A stretch of 64,000 nucleotides of DNA from Pyrinomonadaceae bacterium (lineage in GTDB: Bacteria > Acidobacteriota > Blastocatellia > Pyrinomonadales > Pyrinomonadaceae): positions 44,421-108,420 of the forward strand of contig JBKBYA010000012.1 of assembly GCA_046313635.1 (NCBI GenBank), read 5' to 3'. The position numbers were made by a program, and so were the translations under genes. Position 1 is the stretch's first letter. Every line of letters starts with the position of its first letter. This document shows, one piece after another, positions 50,335 through 59,431 of the stretch. A model generated the notes under the pieces. That model saw nothing but the letters and a program-made list of their open reading frames with translations. It was not told the DNA's origin and searched no databases.

Positions 50335-51219
50335 ATGAGAACTATCGCCGAGGAGTGGAAGAACGTGCTCCTCATACTGGTCGGCATTCTGTCGGCCGGG
50401 ATGGGACTGAAGGGATTTCTATTGTCGAGCCGATTTATCGACGGCGGCGTGACCGGCGTTTCGATGCTCTTTGCCGAGGTTCTGGGTTGGCCGCTGCCGG
50501 TGCTGATCTTTGTCTTCAACGTTCCGTTCGTCGCCATCGGCTACCGGCAGATCGGCCGCCGATTTGCGATCAAGAGCTCGGCGGCGATATTAGGCCTTGC
50601 TCTTTGCCTGTATCTGGTCGATTACCCTGACGTGACGCCCGACAAGCTGCTCACGGCGGTCTTTGGCGGCCTGTTCATCGGCGGCGGTATCGGACTCGCC
50701 ATCCGCGGCGGCGCGGTGCTCGACGGTACAGAGATCGCCGCACTGCTCGTCAGCCGAAAGAGCCACCTGCTGAAGGTCGGCGACGTGATCCTGATCCTGA
50801 ACGTCTTTATCTTTTTGGCGGCGGCATTCTTTCTGAGCGTCGAGTCGGCGATGTACTCGATACTTACTTACGTCGCTGCCTCAAAGACCATTCACTTTTT
50901 GCTGCACGGCGTCGAGGAGTACACCGCGATCACGATCATCTCGCCGCGAAACGACGAGATCAAGAGTGCTATCGTCGACGGCCTCCAGCGCGGCGTCACG
51001 GTGATACACGGCCAGGGCGGCCGCGGATCGACCGGCACGGTCGACGCTGACCTGCCGATCCTCTACTGCGTCGTCACGCGTCTCGAGATCGGCAATATCA
51101 AAGACACGGCACACCGTATCGACCCTAATGCCTTTATCACGACACACGCCCTGTCGGACGTCGAGGGAGGACTGATCAAAAAGCCGCCGCTGCACCAGAC
51201 CGAGAGACGACCGCGATGA
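50335..51219 (+). CDS. YitT family membrane protein
   Basis: FIDGGVTGVS; FNVPF; GGAVLDGTEI; RGVTV; DPNAFI. Confidence 0.92.
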   Translation: MRTIAEEWKNVLLILVGILSAGMGLKGFLLSSRFIDGGVTGVSMLFAEVLGWPLPVLIFVFNVPFVAIGYRQIGRRFAIKSSAAILGLALCLYLVDYPDVTPDKLLTAVFGGLFIGGGIGLAIRGGAVLDGTEIAALLVSRKSHLLKVGDVILILNVFIFLAAAFFLSVESAMYSILTYVAASKTIHFLLHGVEEYTAITIISPRNDEIKSAIVDGLQRGVTVIHGQGGRGSTGTVDADLPILYCVVTRLEIGNIKDTAHRIDPNAFITTHALSDVEGGLIKKPPLHQTERRPR

Positions 51220-51296
51220 CGATAGGAGTCCGTGTCAGGAGACAATGCCCGGATATTGTGCTCCGGAGCTGATACGGCCGCCCTTGTCCGCGGGCC

Positions 51297-51689
51297 TTAG
51301 CGTTCAACGGCCTCTGCGGCGGCACGAGACAAGAGTTGTCTGGCGATATCGCCGAGCTCGGTTATACCGGTCGGCTTGGCGAGAAAGTGGTCGGCGCCGG
51401 CCTCGATGGCGGCGTCGCGATCGACGGGACGCACGGCGGCCGTGTGGATAACTATCGCCGCCGTCTTGTCGAACGAACGTATCCATCGGCAAAGCTCAAG
51501 ACCGCATCGGTCGGGCATCCAGTAATCGATGACATAGAGATCGTACGGGCCATTGGCGTTGACGCGTCTCTGCGCTTCGACGACGCCGCCTGAGCAGTCG
51601 ACGCTCCACGACGGGTCTGAACGCAAAAGCGTCAGCCGCGCTATCTCAAGCGAATCGGTGTCATTATCGACACAAAGTATCCTGCGCAT
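51297..51689 (-). CDS. Single-domain response regulator (receiver)
   Basis: ILCVDND; IDYWMPD; GLELC; LAKP. Confidence 0.85.
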   Translation of the reverse strand: MRRILCVDNDTDSLEIARLTLLRSDPSWSVDCSGGVVEAQRRVNANGPYDLYVIDYWMPDRCGLELCRWIRSFDKTAAIVIHTAAVRPVDRDAAIEAGADHFLAKPTGITELGDIARQLLSRAAAEAVER

Positions 51690-51907
51690 CGAACCTCACT
51701 TTCTCGTCCCGGAGCGTAGCCGACGCAGCGTGCTCCTCGTACTCACGAAACCAACACCGAACGCTCGTTTACCTTGCAAACTTTGTTGATGTTCTAGAGA
51801 CCGTACCGCACAAGTCGAAACTGCGTCTACCGTGTACCCGACATAGGCGAGTCCCGTTCGGCCGCGACCGCAGACATGAGATCGCGGCCGCGAATATGCC
51901 GGTGCGG

Positions 51908-52312
51908 CTAGGCGCTCTGAGGGGTGCGGGTGCACGGCCGCGAGCTCGGATGCAGATAATGCCGGGCGACGGTATCGAGCTCGTCGATGCCGGTCGGCTT
52001 TGCCAGAAAGTGGTCGGCGCCGGAGTTGTAGGCCGCGTAGCGATCGCTTGCGCCGACGGCGCCGGAGTGGACGATGATGGGCGTCGCCGTATCAAAGGTC
52101 CGGATCCAGCGGCACAATTCCAGCCCGCTGCAGCTCGGCATCCAGTGATCGATAAAGTAGAGCTGGTAACGACCGCCGGCGGCGATCAGTTCCCGAGCTT
52201 CGTCTACACTCTGGGCACAGTCGATATGGTAGTGGGGATCGGATAGCTCGAGGATCGCCTTGGCAACCTCGAGTGAATCGTGGTCGTCATCCACACAAAG
52301 TATTCTGCACAT
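51908..52312 (-). CDS. Single-domain response regulator (receiver), paralogue of 51297-51689
   Basis: ILCVDDD; IDHWMP; GLELCRWIR; HFLAKPTGI; AAGGAG upstream. Confidence 0.85.
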   Translation of the reverse strand: MCRILCVDDDHDSLEVAKAILELSDPHYHIDCAQSVDEARELIAAGGRYQLYFIDHWMPSCSGLELCRWIRTFDTATPIIVHSGAVGASDRYAAYNSGADHFLAKPTGIDELDTVARHYLHPSSRPCTRTPQSA

Positions 52313-52721
52313 TTCAATGTCTCCTTGCCGGGCGAAAGATGCTCAGAGCACGCACGATCGTCCAGCGCCTAGGTCCGACTCGAATTGTCGCTTTAATAGG
52401 GGCGAACTTTGTTGACGTGCGGACAAGGTAGCGCGCAGTGGGGTCATTTGTCGAGCCCCGATCCGGCCCGATTACCGCAGGCTCGGATAAGGTCGCAGGG
52501 CGTGCGCAAAAAAAAGACCGGCGGAACGTGCACGTACTCCACCGGCTCTCACTCGCCCTACCCGATTTCTTCAAGGGACCGGAGGCAAGTGCGGCGATGA
52601 TACACCGGCGACCGGCGCGGCGGCAAAGGTGCGGTGAACGATATTCAAAAAAAGTTAGCGGCCGCGCAGCTTTCGTCCCGCGGCCGCTTCAAGCTTCAAC
52701 GCCGTTGAGCCGTCAGCGTCC

Positions 52722-53147
52722 TTACTGTTCGCTTTCGGGCAGGGGATCGTCGAGGCGTGCTGCGATGGTCTCTGCGGACGGAACTCCGCCCGGATAGAGC
52801 CTTCACGCCGGTTCGGGGAATAGAGGCCGCGGCTCCGCGAGGCCAAAAATGTCACGGCCGCCGAGCAAAATGGTCGGCGTCGGATATCCGGTTCGCGGGT
52901 CGTCGGGCGAAAGGTCTTCCTGCCGGACGATCGTCAGCGGCATCGCGCCAGATCTCGCGGCGATCGCAGCTTTTAGATTGGCAAGCATCAGCGGCGTATT
53001 CCTGCAGCCGTCGCGCGTCAGAAACTGCAGTCCGGTATTTGAATGCTCGATATTCACTTTTTCGTCAGCGGCCGGCGTCGCACGCTTGGCGACCGAACAT
53101 GCCGAGATGGCAATGGAACAGATGATCAAAGAATGTATCAGCTTCAC
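52722..53147 (-). CDS. Thioredoxin-like lipoprotein, candidate selenoprotein (UGA at 52805-52803 read as Sec)
   Basis: Lipobox ISAC; DGCRN; GYPTPTILLGGRDIF; PA-UGA-RLYPGGVPSAETI...EQ*; SECIS-like hairpin directly after the UGA. Confidence 0.7.
52767..52802 (-). promoter_or_regulatory. Bacterial SECIS-like hairpin
   Basis: AGG-CUCU-AUC-CGGGCGG-AGUU-CCGUCCG-C-AGAG-ACC; apical loop 17 nt after the UGA with G second in the loop. Confidence 0.65.
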
Positions 53148-56100
53148 TCGGGAATTACCTCTTCAGGAACGTGCCGCGACAGGCCCCGCGGCCGTTGCCG
53201 CGCTTGATCGCCCGGATCGGGACAGCACGGTACGTTGTAAGGACATCCGCCGCAGACGGTCGCGGACGGCTTTGCCGGAAACGATCCAGCGGCGATGGCG
53301 TCGGCGATCTGCTCGGCGCGGCGCCCGGCCGCCTCGAGGTCGGCGAGCGAAAACTCATGCAGCGAGTCGTGCCGCAGGTATGCGACAAACGCGCGCCGCT
53401 TGCCGAGCGCCGCGGCATAAGCCCACAACTGCAGGGCGTGCAGCGCCGGTTCGACCTCGGCATCGGTCTTGAAATCCGCCACCCAATCGACGCCCGCGAG
53501 ATCGGCCCGGCCGATGAGCGACAGCCCGTTGGCGAACGAATAACGAAGCGCAGCCTCGCGCACGGCCTGCGGATCGGCCCGCAGCTCGGCGAAGGCAGGA
53601 TGCTCGTCAAACCGCCGCGCGAGTGAGAGAGCCTCGGCGATCACGTCGTCGGCCGCAGCGCACGATTCGCCCGCGACGCGTCTGAGCCCGTCGGCCGTGC
53701 GCTCTCCCGACTCGAGCGCGGCATGAGTGAGCGTGCCGACGAGCCGTGCTCGGGCCGTACCTTCGCCCACACCGGGGTGACCGTGAATGAATTCGAATTC
53801 GAATCGCTTTGGGCAAAGATCGTAGATCCAGAGAGCCGAAGGACTGACCGAAGCAAGCCGCGGGGCGAGCCGCGTTGTGCAAACGTCGATCGAGCCTTCG
53901 TGCATTTCCGTGGCGTTCGCACTCGGCCGTTCGGTGCGCGCGAATGCAGCATCCGCCTCAGACCGCGTCACCTCGACGATCGGCACGCCAGCCGCCGCGA
54001 GACAGGGCTCGAGCGTCTTGAGGTCGTTCTTGATCTCGTCGCCGGCCGCGGTCAGGTACAGACGGTCGCGCGGCCGCGTCATCGCGACGTACAGGACGCG
54101 TGCCGCCTCTTCGGCCTCGCGCCGCGCGCGGCGCGCGGCGATGACGTCGAGCATTGCGGGCTTGAGCTCGTCCCAGCCTCGTTCGCCGTGGACGCGCAAT
54201 TTGAACGCGGCCCCGACCTCGGCATCGATCTTGACGGCAGATGGATCGGGCGGGTTGCCGCGGCAAAGATCGGGAACAAAAACGACCGGCCACTCGAGGC
54301 CTTTTGCCGAGTGGATGGTCATCAGCGACACGGCGTCGCCCGCGTCGAGCGGCGGCCGCGGGATGGTCGCCTCGGCATCGACGAGCTCCTTTAGATAGCG
54401 TTCTGCGCCGACGACGTCCGAACGGCCGAGACGCGCAAAATGCCGGAGCAGATCGATAAAGCCCTGCCAGTCCGCCATCCGCCGCTCGCCCTGCTCGAGA
54501 TTTGCGATCACGGCCGTGTAGCCGGTGAGCTCGTCGGCAAGCAGCACGACGCGCTCGGCCGGATGGTGAGCGGCGGCCTCGACGAGCTGCGAGAGTATCG
54601 CGACGGCCGCACGCACCGCCGCCGGCAGTTGCTCGCCGCGGCGCCTGAGCAGATGCCACCATGCTTCGCGCTCCTCACTGCCCGTTTTGCGCTCGAGCGA
54701 GATCTCGTAGAGCTCGCGATCGCTCACGCCGAAGAAGGGTCCGCGGAGCAGCGACACCAGAGCGATGTCGTCGGTGTTGTCAGAGACAAACCGCAGCAGT
54801 GCGATGAGGTCCATCGCGACGCGGGTCTCGAGCAAACGGCCGCCGCCGGTATTCACGGCGGGCACGCCGGCCTCGAGGAGCTTTTCGATATAGACGTTGA
54901 GCACGTCGCGCGTCCGCGAGAGTATCGCGATGTCCGACGGACGGACGGGCCGCGTGCCGTCGAGCCGCTTGTCCCAGACCTCGAGACCGCCGTCGATCAT
55001 GCGGCGAATTTCGGCGGCGATGAACCGGGCCTCGGCCTCGCGCAGCTCGCCGACCGAGCCGCCCGAGATGCGGTGCGCCGAGATGTGCGGGCCCTCGTGC
55101 GGCGCGTCGACGCGATGCGCATCGAGCGGCTGGTGCAGCCGCCGAAGCAGCGGCCCGAACGCCGAGTTGAGCGGCGCGACGAGACCGGCATGCGTACGAA
55201 ACGTGCGGTCGAGCACGACCGGGCCGCCGCCGAGCCGTTCGCAAAACCTCTCGAAGACCCGCGGGTCGGCGCGTCGAAATCCGTAGATCGACTGCTTGCC
55301 GTCGCCGACGATCGTCAGACGCACGCCGCCCTTGTCGAGCAGGCGCAGGAGCAGTTTTTCCTGCTCGGTATTCGTGTCCTGAAATTCGTCGACCAGCAGC
55401 GCGCGCCAGCGCTCGGCGTAATGCTCGCGGGCCTCGCGGTGGCCGAGTATCTCGATCGCGTACTGCTCGAGATCGTCAAAGTCGAGCAGACGACGCTCGA
55501 GCTTTGCCAGGCGAAGATGATCGCGGGCCGTGTCAAAGGCTCGAGCCAGCAGCTTGGCGCGGCGGAGCGCCTCGGCATCGGTCGCTCCGAACTTTAAGAA
55601 GACATCTCTGTAAGGCGCCTTCCCGTCCTTACCGGAACGGTCCTTGATCGCGTCACGCAAGCTTGTGAGGCAGTCTTTTACGAGGTGGAACGAACCGTCG
55701 GGCCACTTCGCCGGCGACCCGCCGCGAAACGTAAGCGATCTGATCGAGTCAAGCGCGGCGTCAACATTCTGTCCTGATCTGAGATCTCGGATCGCCGATC
55801 CGGCGATCGCACGCTGCCGTTCGATCGCGTCGCCTTCGGGGCCGCGGTAGGTCTCGATAATGTCGGCGGCCATGACAAAGCAGTCCGATCCGAGATATTC
55901 CGACAGGGCCTCGGCGCGTCGCTCGTCGATCGCTCGTCGCCAATCGCTCTCGTCCTTGGCAAGCGCCGCGGCCGAGGCCGACGTGTCGCGAAAGAGCTCT
56001 CTCAGCGCCTTTCGCAGCCACTCGTAGCCGAGCTCGCGGACGACGTCGGGATCGATCTCGGCGAGGGCCTCGTCAAACCACGCGGCCTTGACGATCTCTG

Positions 56101-56482
56101 CGTCGATCTCGTCGAGCAAAACAAAATCGGCCGGTATCCCGGCGAGAAAATAGAAATCGCGGCAGATGCGCGCCGCGAGCGAGTGCATCGTGCTGATCTG
56201 CGCGGCGTCCGATTCGGCGGCCGCGTCCTCGCCGGCCTTTTCGAGCAGCTTTGCGCGGATGCGCGAGCGCAGCTCGGCGGCTGCCTTGTCGGTGAATGTC
56301 ACGGCCGCGATCTCGAGCGGCGACAGGCCGTGCACCGTGACGTGATGCACGTATCGCTCGGCGAGCATCGCCGTCTTGCCCGTGCCCGCGCCGGCGACGA
56401 CGGCCACGCTGCCGTCCGCTCGGACGGCGTCGAGTTGTCGGGGAGTCAGTTCCATCTCTTTTGTATCGGCGGGCGGCGTCAT
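53144..56482 (-). CDS. AddA-like UvrD helicase-nuclease
   Basis: AGAGTGKT; VTFTDKAA; LLVDEFQDT; VGDGKQSIYGFR; TIHSAKGLEW; LYVAMTR; C-terminal GRADL...DFKT nuclease. Confidence 0.92.
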   Translation of the reverse strand: MTPPADTKEMELTPRQLDAVRADGSVAVVAGAGTGKTAMLAERYVHHVTVHGLSPLEIAAVTFTDKAAAELRSRIRAKLLEKAGEDAAAESDAAQISTMHSLAARICRDFYFLAGIPADFVLLDEIDAEIVKAAWFDEALAEIDPDVVRELGYEWLRKALRELFRDTSASAAALAKDESDWRRAIDERRAEALSEYLGSDCFVMAADIIETYRGPEGDAIERQRAIAGSAIRDLRSGQNVDAALDSIRSLTFRGGSPAKWPDGSFHLVKDCLTSLRDAIKDRSGKDGKAPYRDVFLKFGATDAEALRRAKLLARAFDTARDHLRLAKLERRLLDFDDLEQYAIEILGHREAREHYAERWRALLVDEFQDTNTEQEKLLLRLLDKGGVRLTIVGDGKQSIYGFRRADPRVFERFCERLGGGPVVLDRTFRTHAGLVAPLNSAFGPLLRRLHQPLDAHRVDAPHEGPHISAHRISGGSVGELREAEARFIAAEIRRMIDGGLEVWDKRLDGTRPVRPSDIAILSRTRDVLNVYIEKLLEAGVPAVNTGGGRLLETRVAMDLIALLRFVSDNTDDIALVSLLRGPFFGVSDRELYEISLERKTGSEEREAWWHLLRRRGEQLPAAVRAAVAILSQLVEAAAHHPAERVVLLADELTGYTAVIANLEQGERRMADWQGFIDLLRHFARLGRSDVVGAERYLKELVDAEATIPRPPLDAGDAVSLMTIHSAKGLEWPVVFVPDLCRGNPPDPSAVKIDAEVGAAFKLRVHGERGWDELKPAMLDVIAARRARREAEEAARVLYVAMTRPRDRLYLTAAGDEIKNDLKTLEPCLAAAGVPIVEVTRSEADAAFARTERPSANATEMHEGSIDVCTTRLAPRLASVSPSALWIYDLCPKRFEFEFIHGHPGVGEGTARARLVGTLTHAALESGERTADGLRRVAGESCAAADDVIAEALSLARRFDEHPAFAELRADPQAVREAALRYSFANGLSLIGRADLAGVDWVADFKTDAEVEPALHALQLWAYAAALGKRRAFVAYLRHDSLHEFSLADLEAAGRRAEQIADAIAAGSFPAKPSATVCGGCPYNVPCCPDPGDQARQRPRGLSRHVPEEVIPE

Positions 56483-59235
56483 TCGGCCGCGCGGGCCGCC
56501 GCCTTGCGCTCGAGTCTCGACGGCTCGGCGCGGCAGACGATCAAGAGGTCGCAGTATCTGCACGAGTCACGCTTGACGTCGGGCTCGACCGGGAAGCTGC
56601 CCGTGTCGGCCATCGCGCACAGCTTTGCGATGTGCGCGGCGAGATCGACGTCTTTGCCGCGAACGCGCTTTGCGTCCTTGATGCTGAAGAACGAAGCCTC
56701 GCCCACCAGCTCGCCCGGGAACATCGCCGGCAGGGCGACGCGGCTGTAGATCGGGAGCTGCAGATCGACCTTTAAGAGCCCCTCGTCGTCCTTGATCTTT
56801 GCGACATACGTCCCGCTCTTGTAATCGATCGGCTCGAGCGTGCCGTCGGGCAAGCGATCGATGCGGTCGATCGTGCCCGATATCTGGACGCCGCCGTATT
56901 CGACCCTTTCGAATGCACGCTCGGTCGCCTCGACCCGCGCGCCCGGCTTTATAAAATCGTCCGACTCGATCGCAGCACGCAAGAGCTCGATCACCTCGCC
57001 GCGTCTAAGCTCCCAATTCTCGACCAGCGCCGTCGCAGGGTACTCGGCCTCGGCCTCGCTAAAGGCCTCGTCGAGCACTGCAAGCGTCGCCGTCCGCAGA
57101 TCGGCCGCCGCGAGCGAACGGTTTACGGCCAGCTCGAGCGTACGATGAAAAAGCCGGCCGCGAATGTCGGCGCGCAGGTCGGCGGCGTCGGCCTCTTCGG
57201 TCGTGCCGAGACGCAGCACGTCGCTGCCGAACCACTTGAAGCCGCACGTGCCGAGACGCGTGAGCGACGTCGCGCTCCACGACCGACGCTCGACACGCAC
57301 GCCGATCACGCCGTCGTACTCGTCGCAGGGCTCGGCCGATTGGCGGCGCATCTCGATCGCGCAGCGTCTGGCCGCATCGTCAAGAACGGCGTCGGCTCCG
57401 TTCAGCCCGGCAGCGTCATTCCGGCGCAAAAAGAAGCGGCGATATTCTTCATCGCTCGAGACGAGACGCTCGGCGGGGCGCCGCGGCGTGAGACCAAGGC
57501 GGCGAAAGTACGAGCTCGCGATGCGCTCCTCGCCGCCGTCGAATCGCGGGAAGCTGAGCACGACCCGGCGAGCACCGAGCAGCATGTAATAAAAGGTCTG
57601 CGCCTCCCAGCGCGGCACCTCGAGCGGCGTCTCGAAATGCACGCCCTGCTCGGCGAGTCGACGCCGGTCGCAAAAATCGATGATGCCGCTGTCGGACGTC
57701 GCCTCGGGCGTGATCCCCTCGGCCATTCCGACGACAAAGAGCAGATCGAGATCGGCGCCGACGAGCGAATTCGGCTGCATCACGCGCACGCCGCCCTTTG
57801 CGGTCCAGCAATCGATCTTGACGTCCGACAAGATCTCTGCGACGTCGGACGCGAATTGCGTTATCGTGCAGCCCTCGCCGTCGCCGCGTTCGCGTGCGAG
57901 CTCGTCGAGCGACTCAAAAAAGACGTTAAAGCTCTGGATCTCGCACGACTCATACGCCGTCTTTGTGCGAACGTCCCAGACGCGCATAAGCTGACGCAGC
58001 CAATTTACCCATTCCAAGAAACGGCGCTCGCCCGACGTGTCGGCGAGAGGCGCAAGCGCATCCGTGATCGCGGCCCAGCGCTCGAGCGTCGACGGCAGAG
58101 TGCTCATAGCTTGAGCACGCGGCCGCTCGCCGAGGCCGGGGCCGAAGCGGTGACACAGCATCCGGAGCGTCGGCTCGTAAAGGAAGCCGCGGAGATGATC
58201 GCGCGTGCGTCGCTCCGCTTCGTCGTCGTCGCCTCGGCGATCGACCACCTCAAAGATCAGCGAGACCAATTCGCCGAACGCGGTCTCGGCGAGCGGGACG
58301 CGGTGATCGATCTCGACCGGCAGACCAAATTCGCGCGCCGCAGCGATAAACGTCGCCGCATACCTCTGCTGATCGCGGCACGCGACGGCGATGCTCGACG
58401 GCGGCGTGCCGGCGACGATCTCGCGCTTGATGGTCGCGAGGGCGTATCGCACCTCCGCCTCGAGATCCGGCAGATCGACGGCCCGGATCTCGCCGCTGTA
58501 GTATGACGGCGGTTCGCTGTCGCTCGCGGCACCGGCAGCGAAGAATGCGGCCGCTTCTTGCGGGGCATTTGCCGCGGCGACCACTGCCGGATCGGTCCGT
58601 TCGGTCGACCAGCCTCGCTCGACGAACCATTCGGCCCATTCGCGATTGGCTTCAAACATCGGCCCGTCGCCGACGGGCAGATAAAAGATGCTGCCGTCGC
58701 CGGCGGCACGATCGATGAATTCGAACTCCTCGGGCCGCGCCCGGCGGTCGCGGCCGCGAAAGTACCCGTACACCAAAAGCTTTGCCGGTTCGAAGCGTTC
58801 GAGCCTCGACGCGACCGCAAGCCGTGCCTCGCCGTCGATCAAGCCTCGGCCGGCAAGTATCTCGACGTAACGTTTGGCGATCGCCGCGATCTCCGCGATG
58901 CGCGGCGACTCGGCCGCCGACTGCAGACGATCGACATCGACACCGGCTCGCAGGATGTCGCCGAGCGCCGCGCGCACCGCCCGCAACGCGCCCGCAGCAT
59001 GCGGGCCGCCCGCTCCGGCTCCCTTCAACGCAAGACGCAGCGCCTCTGCCGCCTGGATGGACGTCGCGATGCCGACGCCGGCGCGTCGGAGCGCTCGGCC
59101 GGCATAAGATTCGAGCCTCAGGCACTGGACGCCGAGGCTCGCGGCCGCCGCCGGTGACGGCGTGATCACGATGCGATCGTTCGAGAGTTCGACGGGGCGG
59201 GCCGGTATCGGATCGGTGATGAGAGTTCGCTGCAT
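56479..59235 (-). CDS. AddB-like PD-(D/E)XK nuclease subunit with Fe-S cysteines
   Basis: No Walker A; SATSL...C.FKWF; GTIDRID...IDYKSG; CRYC.....C; stop overlaps the next start (ATGA). Confidence 0.88.
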   Translation of the reverse strand: MQRTLITDPIPARPVELSNDRIVITPSPAAAASLGVQCLRLESYAGRALRRAGVGIATSIQAAEALRLALKGAGAGGPHAAGALRAVRAALGDILRAGVDVDRLQSAAESPRIAEIAAIAKRYVEILAGRGLIDGEARLAVASRLERFEPAKLLVYGYFRGRDRRARPEEFEFIDRAAGDGSIFYLPVGDGPMFEANREWAEWFVERGWSTERTDPAVVAAANAPQEAAAFFAAGAASDSEPPSYYSGEIRAVDLPDLEAEVRYALATIKREIVAGTPPSSIAVACRDQQRYAATFIAAAREFGLPVEIDHRVPLAETAFGELVSLIFEVVDRRGDDDEAERRTRDHLRGFLYEPTLRMLCHRFGPGLGERPRAQAMSTLPSTLERWAAITDALAPLADTSGERRFLEWVNWLRQLMRVWDVRTKTAYESCEIQSFNVFFESLDELARERGDGEGCTITQFASDVAEILSDVKIDCWTAKGGVRVMQPNSLVGADLDLLFVVGMAEGITPEATSDSGIIDFCDRRRLAEQGVHFETPLEVPRWEAQTFYYMLLGARRVVLSFPRFDGGEERIASSYFRRLGLTPRRPAERLVSSDEEYRRFFLRRNDAAGLNGADAVLDDAARRCAIEMRRQSAEPCDEYDGVIGVRVERRSWSATSLTRLGTCGFKWFGSDVLRLGTTEEADAADLRADIRGRLFHRTLELAVNRSLAAADLRTATLAVLDEAFSEAEAEYPATALVENWELRRGEVIELLRAAIESDDFIKPGARVEATERAFERVEYGGVQISGTIDRIDRLPDGTLEPIDYKSGTYVAKIKDDEGLLKVDLQLPIYSRVALPAMFPGELVGEASFFSIKDAKRVRGKDVDLAAHIAKLCAMADTGSFPVEPDVKRDSCRYCDLLIVCRAEPSRLERKAAARAAE

Positions 59236-59431
59236 TACTCGTGTGCGGTCGTGAACGGACCGAAAAATATTACCACCATCACCCGACAATTCCATTTGGC
59301 CGAGAACGAGAGCGCCGGACCTCGACGAGATGGCAGGCGTCGGAGATCCGTTTGTTTGTCCGAACGACTTTTTGTATCGTTGGGCTCGTCCCCGGCAAGA
59401 GAGACCGGCTTTTGCCAAGAATAGATCTGCA

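Noticed and set aside
57145..58506. 453-aa plus-strand ORF
   Set aside because: Antisense shadow of the AddB-like gene.
53144..59235. Anti-phage helicase-nuclease defence system or Cas4 locus
   Set aside because: The architecture matches AddAB-type repair enzymes, with no defence-island or CRISPR context.
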